From an uncultured virus (IMG/VR IMGVR_UViG_3300025368_000001) (lineage: Duplodnaviria; Heunggongvirae; Uroviricota; Caudoviricetes): a stretch of DNA of 20,000 nucleotides. The DNA lies in the IMG/VR virus record IMGVR_UViG_3300025368_000001. One strand, 5' to 3'. The position numbers and the translations under genes are program-made. Below the pieces are notes generated by a model that was given only the letters and a program-made list of their open reading frames with translations, had not been told where the DNA came from and made no database searches. The first letter of the stretch is position 1. Each line of letters begins with the position of its first letter. Positions 1-8,638 of this stretch are shown here, piece after piece.

Positions 1-1
1 C

Positions 2-469
2 TTAACCATGCACGATAGAAAGCCAGAGGATAACGAGCTAATTGCCAAGGTTAAAAGTGGAGATACAAATGCAGCCGCAGATCTTTATGCGCAATTAATG
101 ACTAGGCACAACAAAGCAAATGGTATTGATGAAGTGTTTACTGCAAATGATGTGAAAGAAGCGGTACCTGTTCTTAGAACATTTAATGCACCTAAAACTG
201 ACGAGAAAGGTGAGATTATTTATGACCCTTCAACTAAAAAGCCTATTACAGTTCAGAAAACAGCATTCTTACTTCCAGGTTCTAATGAGTTTAGAAATGC
301 TGCTCAGGATAGGATTAACGATGTTCAAAGCGAAAAGGATAATCAGTTGATGCACACTTTGAATGCTGATATTGTTAAGCCAAGGGTAGTTAAGCCAGTT
401 TCAGCACCCGTACAAAAACAAGCATTAGCACAACCAAAAGTTACACTTAAAAAAGGAATACTAGACTAA
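2..469 (+). CDS. C-terminal part of a hypothetical (probably virion-associated) protein, likely truncated by the window edge
   Basis: Frame is open from position 2 through ATG 8 to TAA 467-469; the stop overlaps the next ATG (TAATG), suggesting translational coupling with the giant gene. Confidence 0.7.
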   Translation, partial: LTMHDRKPEDNELIAKVKSGDTNAAADLYAQLMTRHNKANGIDEVFTANDVKEAVPVLRTFNAPKTDEKGEIIYDPSTKKPITVQKTAFLLPGSNEFRNAAQDRINDVQSEKDNQLMHTLNADIVKPRVVKPVSAPVQKQALAQPKVTLKKGILD

Positions 470-3400
470 TGGCAGAAGATACTAACATACCACAAGAGGC
501 TGTACAAGATGCACCTCAACCTATTGATAATCTAGGTAAGTTATACAGTGTAGTTCATGAAGCAGGTTTATTTACTAAGCCTATTAATGAATTTAGGCAG
601 AAGTATAGTGAACCTAGTTCTATTGACAAGTTGTATAATGTTGTAAATGAAGCAGGTTATTTTACTAAGTCAAAGGATGATTTTTATCAAAAATACTATC
701 CTGACTTAAAAAAAAAAGACGTTTCGCAACCTTCTTCAGTTGGTGGCGGTCAAAGTTCCCAATTACCATTACCTGCACAATTACCTTCGGGCGTTCCTCA
801 AACTCCTGATGAAGTATTAAAAGCAGGGCTTAGTGGGAATGGGGTACAACCTGTAAATGCGCCACAAGCGGTAGAACAGGCAGCGCAACAACAACCTTTA
901 ATTAAACCCGTTGTAAACAATGGACAACACTTCCTTCAAGGGATAGGTCAAGCTATTACTCAGCCTGTAAACCCTAATGCGCACGGAGTTAAACCCGCTA
1001 AAAGTGAAGCCCCTAGTATAGAGGATGCTATAAATAATACCGTTGAGAATAATATCAGGCAAAGACGTGGTGTTTATGACAGTACACTTCCTGCTATTAC
1101 CAAGGACGAAATAAATAAGGAAAAAGAAACGGTTATAAATGCCTATAAAAACGGTGATTTAGTCCCTCAGAAAGAAGGGGATAGGTCAGTATTAAAAAGA
1201 ACGGGTACTGTTGCAGAAAACTTTTTAAACGGGCTTAATCAGGCATACCTTAATAATCAAAAAGCAGCTTTGTTGACCAATGCTTCCAAAGAAGATGCGA
1301 TAGACTTTTTAAATAGGGATGCTAAGGGACAAGTTAAGGCTTTTGAGTTAGGGGAAAACGATAAGGTTGCGCCTAATGGAATGGCTGATGAAGCTGCAAA
1401 ATATGTAGGTGAACAAGCAAATGCTTTATTAAAAGGAACTATTGGTGCAATGGCAGGTGCGGCTACTCCATTTACAGGTGGTGGCAGTTTTGGTATGTTT
1501 GCATCCACGGCTAATGAAATGGCTAACCAAGGGTATGCAGATGCACTTGCAAAGAACTATTATGCTATAAAACAGCAACATCCTGAGCTAGATGATAGTG
1601 ATGCGTATGACCAAGCTAAAAAATCGGCATTAGTTGGTGCCGCTATCAACTTAGGTACAAGTGCTTTGTTGTCACACGAAGTTGCCCCAAAAATACCAAC
1701 CCCAACAGTAGAAGTTAATGGCGTAATTGATGGGATAAAACAATCTTTGACACACGCTGTAACATCTTCACCAAAAGTGATAGGTTCTTTTGCAGGTGGT
1801 TCTGTATTGAACGATTTAACTTCAAAAGTAGTAGGTAACGATGTATCTACAAAAGAGATATTAGATAATGCAGGTGAGGCTGCCAAAAATGGTGCTGTAA
1901 TGCACTTTGGTATGTGGGCTTTAACTGAACCTGCTAAAATACCTTCATATATAAGACCTCAGATTGAAAACGTTGTTGCTTCTGCACCAAGGGAAGAAGT
2001 TAAGAAAGTGTATCAAGATGCGGAAGATGCAGGTCAGTTACCACAAGGTACTACTGATAATGTTATAAATACACTAACAGCATTCGATAAACAGAAAGCG
2101 ATACTTGCACCATTTGCTATTTCAGAGGAAAAGAAAGCGGCTATTGCAGGAAAGTTAGTGCAGAAAGAAGCGTTGAAAACTCAATTAAAAGAATTATCTA
2201 GTCACGAAAATGCGTTCCCTGATAAAATACAAGAAATCAAGCAACAGATTGAAGGTATAGATAGCGATATAGCAGAAATGTATAAGGCTAAAGATGTGTT
2301 CTCTAAAGAGAAAGATAGCCTTACAGGTGACAGCCCAAAAACAGACATTTCTTCACCTCAAAATAGCGACAATGGCGAAATCAACGAAGCCGATGCCAAA
2401 ACCCAAGCCGAAGAAGGGCAGCAAGGGGTATTAAGCGATCAGGCGCAAACGGGCAATGAAGGATTAAAAGATACATTAGGTAAAAATGTTAAGGCTAATT
2501 CATTGCCAATAGATATATATAATGCAGTTGATAATGAAATTATATCTCACGACAAAATTGTAGGTGGTAGTGATGGGATTGAAATTAAGGTTAATAAAAT
2601 TAACTATGATGAAAATGAGATACCTCGTTATATTGAAGGGGTAGTAACGTTTAGATTTAAAGGTGACAAATTTGATACAGCGAAAAAAGTAGTAATTCCT
2701 ATTGATGAATCTAAATTAACAAGTGAAGTATCTGTACCTAAAGAAGAAGTATCTGCACCTGTTTTGGAAGAAACTACTATTGAAAAACAACCTCCTTCTG
2801 AGCCTGTACAAGAGGAACAACCTGTTGAAAAGAAGTTCACCGAAAGTGAGGATATTAACAGGATATATAATGAGTTGAAGGATAATTACGGAGAAAAAGA
2901 TGGTGCAAAATATTATCAAGCAGCAATAAGATTAGTAAATCCTAATGAAAATACTATTGTAGATATACACAGAGGCGGCGTAGTCGTAAAAGAAGGAGAT
3001 AGGTATATACTAAAACCTTTCTATGATACTGATGGCAGTTCTAAGAATATAAAAATACTAAAAAATGGTAATGATGTTACGGATATATATGGTAAAAAAG
3101 AAGAACAGCCGCAAGTAAGCACCAAGTCGGCACCAAGTGAGGATGGCAATACCAATGACATAACCACAGTTAGGCATCTAGCAGATTTAGAAGCAGAACA
3201 ACGACAAGGGTTATTATCAGGTGCCGTATTCTCTTCTTTAGAAAAGGGCGATAAATTTAAAGTAGGCGGAGTTGAATATACTGTTGAAGGCAAAACAAAG
3301 CCTACTACAAAATCTTATGTAGACAAAAACGGCAAAACAGTTGAATATAAGAGTTCGTCTATAAAGATTAAAGGTACAGATGGCAAGCCTATTACAGCAG

Positions 3401-6400
3401 AGTTTAGAGAATACGAAAACGGTTCCGGAAGTTGGATGGGTAGAGGTCAGACAAGAGACTCAGATAGATGGGGGCAATTAAGCAGAAATATTGAAGGGGA
3501 TATATCTGTCGACCTTTTAAATGAAAATAATCCATTCCACGATAAGTCTGATAGTTTTAAGTTAGCGCAAAAGAATATTGACAAGATAAACGAATTGACT
3601 AATAAGGAACAACCACAAGAAGAGCCAAAATCTGAAACTAAAGCGCAAATAGGGAAAAATGTTGAGGTCAAGCATTTAGATGCTACATACCGAATAGCCT
3701 CATTACGAGATACAGACCCCATGTATAAACAAGGTTTTAGGTACGAGGTAACAATATATTACCCCGAATCTTTGGGGGAAAATGGGAATTATTCAGATGG
3801 AAACTTATATAAAGAAGTCCCTACTGAGCAGCAAATTACAAAAGATATAACCTCTACTATTAATTATGAACTTGAACAGTTAAATGAAAAAGACTATTTA
3901 TCTGGTAGAGAAGAAAAAATAAAAGAAGCCCTTAAATCAGTTAAGGAATCATTAGATGGGAATACTAAAGAACCCTCCACCTCAAAAGGTAGCGACATTT
4001 CAAAAGATGATTTTAAAAACCATATTTTAGATGTAGTTGCCAATGTAAAAGATAATCACTTCACGCACAGAATAACCGTTGAAGGATTAAATCAAGCAGG
4101 TATCGAACAAGCGGTAAGAAATATTAGAGAAGGAAAGAATACTGCTGCTGCTAGGAAACTTCTTGCTGCCATTGATGATATGTACGAGAATAAGTACGTT
4201 CCAATGAATACCTCAGCAGGTGGTTTATCTGATAGAATAGGTATCCCATTTGATGAATATTTCGATGCTACTCCGCAAGACCTAAGCGATGCTTTTAACC
4301 TTATCAAAACAGTTCCAGAAGAAAGTTTAGATAAGGCAGCAGAAATTATGACCAAAGAGGGCATAAATTCGCAAAATATTAATTCACCCGAAATTAAAAA
4401 TCTCTTTTATGAGTTCGATAGCGACTACACCCCCGATGACTACAACGCAATCAAGCAAAAATTATCAGAAAGCGTTGATAATAGCGAAAATGATAAACAA
4501 GGCAAAGAAGAACGGAACAGTACCACCGTTGAACAGCCAAAGTCGGAATCTGCCTCACCTTCCCAAACCACCGAAGGAGAAACTACCACACGAGGCACTA
4601 CCGAAGGAAAGGCTACCGAAGATGCCAAAAGTGAATCCGACAAACAACGTACAGCAACCGTCGACACAGGAACTGAAACCGGCAAGGGAACGGGCGATGG
4701 GAAGCAGTCAGGACAGTCCGGACGTGAATCCGTAGAGAAAGCAGGTGAGGTTAAAGAAAAGTTTTATAAGGCTGCTGAAAAAATCCGTAAGGGAAAAATT
4801 GATGATGATATTTTAATGAGTGGTATTCCATTTGCAAAAGAAGTATGGAATGGCGCAGTTGATGTGTTTGCAAATACCATTGAATTAACAGGAGATGCAG
4901 CACAAGCGTTGTCTAACGCTTTAGACCATATCCGTGAATCAGACTGGTATAAAGGTTTAGCCACTAACGAACAAAGAGAACGGGCTGAAAGTAGATTTAA
5001 AAAAGACTATGAAGAAGTAGATGTCGAAAATTTGGTTAGTGGTGGCGGTGGAAATACTATCGGCGTAAACCACGCTTCGCTTAATGATTTAGCAGAAAGA
5101 TTAGGATTACCACCAATAGAAAGGGGAACTATATTAACTCCAGAGCAATATGCTGATAGGGGTAGGGCTTTATTAAATGCAGGGGCAGACCCGTACAATC
5201 TTGACGAATATAAGGGAGAAATAGAAGATAAGATTTCTATTGCCAGAGCGCACGAGGAGATACTTGCCAAAAAAGCCGATGCTATCAAGGATAAGAATAG
5301 CCAAGAGTATAAAGATGCTGCAAAGGAACTTTATAACTACTCTAAAGATGTTGTAAAGCCATTAGGAACAAAGTTTGCTGCAATAGGTACATCATTACAA
5401 GGTGTTAGAAACATTGACACAGATAGCTTCACTTCTGTTAGTCGTCAAGTGCAAGATAATAGCGGTAGCGACTTAACCCCTAAGCAAACCGCAGATATTG
5501 AAAAGCTAACTAACACAATCAAAGACTTAAAAACAAGGCTAGAGCAAGCCGAAAATAGGTTTAATGATGCGGCAGATGCTGTACATAACAATCCTGATAC
5601 TGTTGATAATGCCAAAGCGTTAAAAGATGCTGAGGATAAATTCAATAACCTACAAAAAGAACACGATGCAATAAAAGCTGAACTTGAAAAGCTAAAAGAG
5701 CAAAATAACAAGCCAAAAGAAAATACCCCTGCTAAGGGTAAATTTGAGGAAAGAAAGGAAATAAGGAAGGAACTTGTAGAAAAGATTGATAAGAGATTGA
5801 AAGACAAATTTCAGTCTGTAAGGGATAAATTGAAAGCTCAAAGAAGTCAATTTAATGCCAATCCTATTCCATTGGATATTGTACCTGATTTAGTTCATAT
5901 CGCAAAAGATTTAGTTGCTAAGGGTGTGATAAAAGCTGCCGACATAGTTGATACTATTTATCACGAATTAAAAGAAGATTTAGGCGATGCAACTGCAAGA
6001 GATTTAAGGGATGCTATTAGTCAATATGGCAAAATAACTAAACCTAGTGAAGATCCAAACGACAAAGCATTCGCAGAAGCTAAGGCTACTATGCGTTTAT
6101 TATCTGCTATTGAAGATGCAAATAACGGTACACCCCCATTAAAAAGTGGTTTTCAAAGACCAGAACCTTCTCCGGATTTAAGAGATTTGCGTAAACAACT
6201 TAACGATGCTATTAAGAAAAATCAGATAAATGCTATTGATGGCGAAAAGCACATGAAGTCTTTGCTTGATGCCGCTAAAAAACGTATGCAAAATGCTATT
6301 GATGATTTAACTAGGGCTATTGATAATAATGAAAAGCTTCCTAAGCGTGAAAGTGGTATCAAATATGATGAGGAAGCCAATAAGTTAAGAGAAAAGCGAA

Positions 6401-8154
6401 AAGAGCTTAGAAGCCAATACGATAAAATGTTCGGTACTGATAAAGAACTTACGCCGGAAGAAAAAGAACAGCGTAGGTTTAATCAGTTGCAAGCACAATT
6501 AGAGGATTTACAAAATGGCGTAGTTAAAAATAAAAGTACAGACAAGATTACATCTGATAGGATAGAAGAATTGAAAGCTCAAATAGCTAAGATAAAAGGA
6601 GATAATACTTTAAAATCCCTACAAGCCCAATTTGCAGACAAGCAGGATAATAAATTTACGCCTCAGCAAGCAAAAGATATTTGGAACTATATGAAAGAAA
6701 ACTACCTTAATAAAGGGGTAAAATATGTAGATGCCATAAAACTTGTTGGGAATGATTTAGGGCTATCTTTTAATCAAGTTAGTCACGCTATTGTAACTCC
6801 TAAACTAAAACCTATTATGGATGCAGTTTGGAAAAATAGAAGCGATTTGGCAAAACATAGGGCTGCTACTCAAAGGTATATTAGTGAACAACAACAGAAC
6901 CCGGCATTAAAGGCATTTAAGAAAATTACCAATGGTATAAGAGAGGCTGCTGTGTTTGGTCACGGTGGGGTATTTGTAGGCACTCACGCAGGTATGACGA
7001 TGTTTGACAATCCGACAAGAGCAATACATACCATAAAAGCTTTTTTCAATGCGTATAAGTTAGCGTATGGTAAAACTGCAACCTATGAAAAAATGATGAC
7101 TGAACTTAAAAATGAAGATAACTATGTGATGGCGCAAAGGGCGGGGCTTAAAAACAATCCTGACCAAATAAATTCAGATAGCGAAATTCATAAGCCAATG
7201 TTTGGCAGACTTTCAGAATCAGGCGTAAGAGGGTTTAATTCTATTAAAATACTAAGACAAGCACTATTCGATGCGCATTGGAATAACTTATCTGCCGCAG
7301 ATAAAGCGGTAGTAGGTAAAGATGGAATTTCATTAGCAGCTAAAGAAATAGCTAGAGAAATAAATCTTGCTACTGGTGCCACAACAGTTAAACTTCCTGA
7401 AGTAGTTAACGATGTGACATTTGCAGGTGGCATGGAAGCAGCTAGATGGCAAAAGCTATTACAAAACCCTGTATTAGCAGCTAACTCTGCATATAAAATA
7501 CTCCTTAATCCAAGTAAAGCCACTGTTGCAGATAAAGTGTTTTTAAAAGTATGGGCTAGTAGGGTCGGATGGCAGTTAGGATTATATGCAGCAGCATTGG
7601 GCGTAAATGCAGCTATTCAAAGTCAAAAAAATCCAAATAATAAAGTAAACTTTACTGATTGGAAAAAATCAGATTGGTTGAAATATAAGTTTGGTGATAA
7701 AACAGTAGCAGATGTTACTTCAGGAATGCTTTCTCCTATACATTTATTGGCTATGTTACAACAAGCAGGGAGTAGTACAAGAAAAGAAAGACATGGCGAT
7801 ACTGAGGCACAGGCTTATGGAAATACAATGTTCCATTATGTGAGAGGTAAATTAGCTCCTGGATATTCTTTAATGACAGACTTAGCGACCAAACATGACT
7901 TTATGGGCAATACGCTTCCTTTTTATAGCGAAAATCCTGATAACAAGTTTAGTCACAAATTGACTTATCCTGAATATTTATGGAGTAAAGCTCCATTGCC
8001 TGTTGCAGAAGCAGCAAAGATTACTTATGAAAGCGCACACGATAATGGAGTAGATGATAAAACATTCAAAAATTTTTGGAAAGGCGCAGGATATGGTGCG
8101 TTAAGTGGTACAACAGGATTTAAGGTTTATGAAAATAATAACCATACTAAATAA
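469..8154 (+). CDS. Giant (2561 aa) probable internal virion / DNA-ejection cargo protein with mosaic, polyvalent-like architecture
   Basis: Uninterrupted 7.7 kb ORF; N-terminal tandem repeat and Q/P-rich linker, Gly/Ala-rich amphipathic segment (GTIGAMAGAATPFTGGGSFGMFAS), acidic linkers separating small domains, long coiled-coil region, helical C-terminus. Function is inferred from size, composition and position next to the head module; no catalytic motif recognised. Confidence 0.65.
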   Translation: MAEDTNIPQEAVQDAPQPIDNLGKLYSVVHEAGLFTKPINEFRQKYSEPSSIDKLYNVVNEAGYFTKSKDDFYQKYYPDLKKKDVSQPSSVGGGQSSQLPLPAQLPSGVPQTPDEVLKAGLSGNGVQPVNAPQAVEQAAQQQPLIKPVVNNGQHFLQGIGQAITQPVNPNAHGVKPAKSEAPSIEDAINNTVENNIRQRRGVYDSTLPAITKDEINKEKETVINAYKNGDLVPQKEGDRSVLKRTGTVAENFLNGLNQAYLNNQKAALLTNASKEDAIDFLNRDAKGQVKAFELGENDKVAPNGMADEAAKYVGEQANALLKGTIGAMAGAATPFTGGGSFGMFASTANEMANQGYADALAKNYYAIKQQHPELDDSDAYDQAKKSALVGAAINLGTSALLSHEVAPKIPTPTVEVNGVIDGIKQSLTHAVTSSPKVIGSFAGGSVLNDLTSKVVGNDVSTKEILDNAGEAAKNGAVMHFGMWALTEPAKIPSYIRPQIENVVASAPREEVKKVYQDAEDAGQLPQGTTDNVINTLTAFDKQKAILAPFAISEEKKAAIAGKLVQKEALKTQLKELSSHENAFPDKIQEIKQQIEGIDSDIAEMYKAKDVFSKEKDSLTGDSPKTDISSPQNSDNGEINEADAKTQAEEGQQGVLSDQAQTGNEGLKDTLGKNVKANSLPIDIYNAVDNEIISHDKIVGGSDGIEIKVNKINYDENEIPRYIEGVVTFRFKGDKFDTAKKVVIPIDESKLTSEVSVPKEEVSAPVLEETTIEKQPPSEPVQEEQPVEKKFTESEDINRIYNELKDNYGEKDGAKYYQAAIRLVNPNENTIVDIHRGGVVVKEGDRYILKPFYDTDGSSKNIKILKNGNDVTDIYGKKEEQPQVSTKSAPSEDGNTNDITTVRHLADLEAEQRQGLLSGAVFSSLEKGDKFKVGGVEYTVEGKTKPTTKSYVDKNGKTVEYKSSSIKIKGTDGKPITAEFREYENGSGSWMGRGQTRDSDRWGQLSRNIEGDISVDLLNENNPFHDKSDSFKLAQKNIDKINELTNKEQPQEEPKSETKAQIGKNVEVKHLDATYRIASLRDTDPMYKQGFRYEVTIYYPESLGENGNYSDGNLYKEVPTEQQITKDITSTINYELEQLNEKDYLSGREEKIKEALKSVKESLDGNTKEPSTSKGSDISKDDFKNHILDVVANVKDNHFTHRITVEGLNQAGIEQAVRNIREGKNTAAARKLLAAIDDMYENKYVPMNTSAGGLSDRIGIPFDEYFDATPQDLSDAFNLIKTVPEESLDKAAEIMTKEGINSQNINSPEIKNLFYEFDSDYTPDDYNAIKQKLSESVDNSENDKQGKEERNSTTVEQPKSESASPSQTTEGETTTRGTTEGKATEDAKSESDKQRTATVDTGTETGKGTGDGKQSGQSGRESVEKAGEVKEKFYKAAEKIRKGKIDDDILMSGIPFAKEVWNGAVDVFANTIELTGDAAQALSNALDHIRESDWYKGLATNEQRERAESRFKKDYEEVDVENLVSGGGGNTIGVNHASLNDLAERLGLPPIERGTILTPEQYADRGRALLNAGADPYNLDEYKGEIEDKISIARAHEEILAKKADAIKDKNSQEYKDAAKELYNYSKDVVKPLGTKFAAIGTSLQGVRNIDTDSFTSVSRQVQDNSGSDLTPKQTADIEKLTNTIKDLKTRLEQAENRFNDAADAVHNNPDTVDNAKALKDAEDKFNNLQKEHDAIKAELEKLKEQNNKPKENTPAKGKFEERKEIRKELVEKIDKRLKDKFQSVRDKLKAQRSQFNANPIPLDIVPDLVHIAKDLVAKGVIKAADIVDTIYHELKEDLGDATARDLRDAISQYGKITKPSEDPNDKAFAEAKATMRLLSAIEDANNGTPPLKSGFQRPEPSPDLRDLRKQLNDAIKKNQINAIDGEKHMKSLLDAAKKRMQNAIDDLTRAIDNNEKLPKRESGIKYDEEANKLREKRKELRSQYDKMFGTDKELTPEEKEQRRFNQLQAQLEDLQNGVVKNKSTDKITSDRIEELKAQIAKIKGDNTLKSLQAQFADKQDNKFTPQQAKDIWNYMKENYLNKGVKYVDAIKLVGNDLGLSFNQVSHAIVTPKLKPIMDAVWKNRSDLAKHRAATQRYISEQQQNPALKAFKKITNGIREAAVFGHGGVFVGTHAGMTMFDNPTRAIHTIKAFFNAYKLAYGKTATYEKMMTELKNEDNYVMAQRAGLKNNPDQINSDSEIHKPMFGRLSESGVRGFNSIKILRQALFDAHWNNLSAADKAVVGKDGISLAAKEIAREINLATGATTVKLPEVVNDVTFAGGMEAARWQKLLQNPVLAANSAYKILLNPSKATVADKVFLKVWASRVGWQLGLYAAALGVNAAIQSQKNPNNKVNFTDWKKSDWLKYKFGDKTVADVTSGMLSPIHLLAMLQQAGSSTRKERHGDTEAQAYGNTMFHYVRGKLAPGYSLMTDLATKHDFMGNTLPFYSENPDNKFSHKLTYPEYLWSKAPLPVAEAAKITYESAHDNGVDDKTFKNFWKGAGYGALSGTTGFKVYENNNHTK
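538..700 (+). repeat. Two-copy 90-bp (30-aa) intragenic tandem repeat
   Basis: KLYSVVHEAGLFTKPINEFRQKY versus KLYNVVNEAGYFTKSKDDFYQKY; DNA copies start at 538 and 628 and share atgaagcaggtt..tttactaag. Confidence 0.85.
2372..2434 (+). CDS. Candidate nested +1-frame micropeptide MAKSTKPMPKPKPKKGSKGY (20 aa, very basic)
   Basis: ATG 2372 to TAA 2434 in the +1 frame of the giant gene; A at -3; local excess of C-ending codons in the host frame; upstream context AATAGCGACAATG nearly identical to that at 4480-4492. Confidence 0.4.
   Translation: MAKSTKPMPKPKPKKGSKGY
4490..4735 (+). CDS. Candidate nested +1-frame Pro/Lys-rich protein (81 aa from ATG 4490; ORF track starts it at 4409)
   Basis: MINKAKKNGTVPPLNSQSRNLPHLPKPPKEKLPHEALPKERLPKMPKV...; overlaps a GC-richer disordered linker of the giant gene; context AATAGCGAAAATG. 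Confidence 0.35.
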   Translation: MINKAKKNGTVPPLNSQSRNLPHLPKPPKEKLPHEALPKERLPKMPKVNPTNNVQQPSTQELKPARERAMGSSQDSPDVNP

Positions 8155-8183
8155 AAAACCTCCCGTATAAAAATACAGGAGGT
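8151..8183 (-). terminator. Intrinsic terminator hairpin oriented for the minus strand (possibly bidirectional)
   Basis: Minus strand reads ACCTCCUGUAU-UUUU-AUACGGGAGGU followed by UUUUU; the stem is fully paired only on the minus strand (G.U pair instead of a C/A mismatch). Confidence 0.75.
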
Positions 8184-8218
8184 ACGCTATTCATTTATGA
8201 AAAAAATCTAACCCAAAA

Positions 8219-8248
8219 CAAAAGTAAGCCTATTTTGTAAATAACAAA
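8219..8248 (-). promoter_or_regulatory. Bacteroidota primary-sigma-type promoter (-33 TTTG / -7 TAnnTTTG), minus strand
   Basis: Minus-strand TTTG (8248-8245), 18-nt spacer, TACTTTTG (8226-8219); points at the terminator about 35 nt downstream. Confidence 0.5.
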
Positions 8249-8277
8249 TGATTATTTGTATTTTACCTGTAATTTTG
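8238..8277 (+). promoter_or_regulatory. Promoter/operator upstream of the terminase operon (shared motif, copy 1)
   Basis: TAAATAACAAATGATTATTTGTA...TAATTTTG; perfect dyad ACAAAT-gatt-ATTTGT at 8244-8259; -7 box TAATTTTG at 8270-8277. Confidence 0.6.
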
Positions 8278-8300
8278 TTGAAACACAACAAGCAAAAATT

Positions 8301-8621
8301 ATGAAAATAGAAGATTTAGAAAAATTTATGCCCAAGGTTAATCATAACCTAGACTATGTAAAAAAGTTTATAGAAAAGCACAATGTAAAATGTTCGTATG
8401 AGGTAGAAAACGGCATTCTTCTTTTGTCTGATTCATTTGAAGATGCTACTATAAAAGAGGCTGATTTTCTAAAACTAATTTGGAATGCTGATTACAAATG
8501 CTCGTACTACATAGATATAATGAAAGACCCTGCAATAGAAGAGCATATTATCTATTGCCATACAAACTCTGCCGAACCTGCTATTTCTGAAAAAGAAATA
8601 TCAGACCCCAAGATTAAATAA
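8301..8621 (+). CDS. Hypothetical protein (106 aa, MKIEDLEKF...)
   Basis: ORF track starts at TTG 8256, but ATG 8301 lies just downstream of the TAnnTTTG box and has an A-rich leader, so it is the more likely start. Confidence 0.7.
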   Translation: MKIEDLEKFMPKVNHNLDYVKKFIEKHNVKCSYEVENGILLLSDSFEDATIKEADFLKLIWNADYKCSYYIDIMKDPAIEEHIIYCHTNSAEPAISEKEISDPKIK

Positions 8622-8638
8622 TATCCAATAATTCAATA

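Noticed and set aside
3143..3163. Third +1-frame mini-ORF (MAIPMT) in another linker of the giant gene
   Set aside because: Only 6 codons and lacks the AATAGCGAnAATG context.
1257..7523. Many 60-120 aa minus-strand ORFs inside the giant gene, and similar ones inside terL, portal, scaffold and MCP
   Set aside because: Ser/Leu/Phe-rich antisense shadows of strongly biased coding sequence, with no independent initiation signals or recognisable motifs.
469..8154. Giant protein as a crAss-type virion RNA polymerase
   Set aside because: No DxDxD catalytic motif in a double-psi-barrel-like context was recognised, and the sequence is dominated by coiled coils and linkers. A profile search would be needed to exclude it fully.
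8256..8300. TTG start for the 121-aa ORF
   Set aside because: It lies inside the promoter/operator element; ATG 8301 downstream of the -7 box is more plausible.
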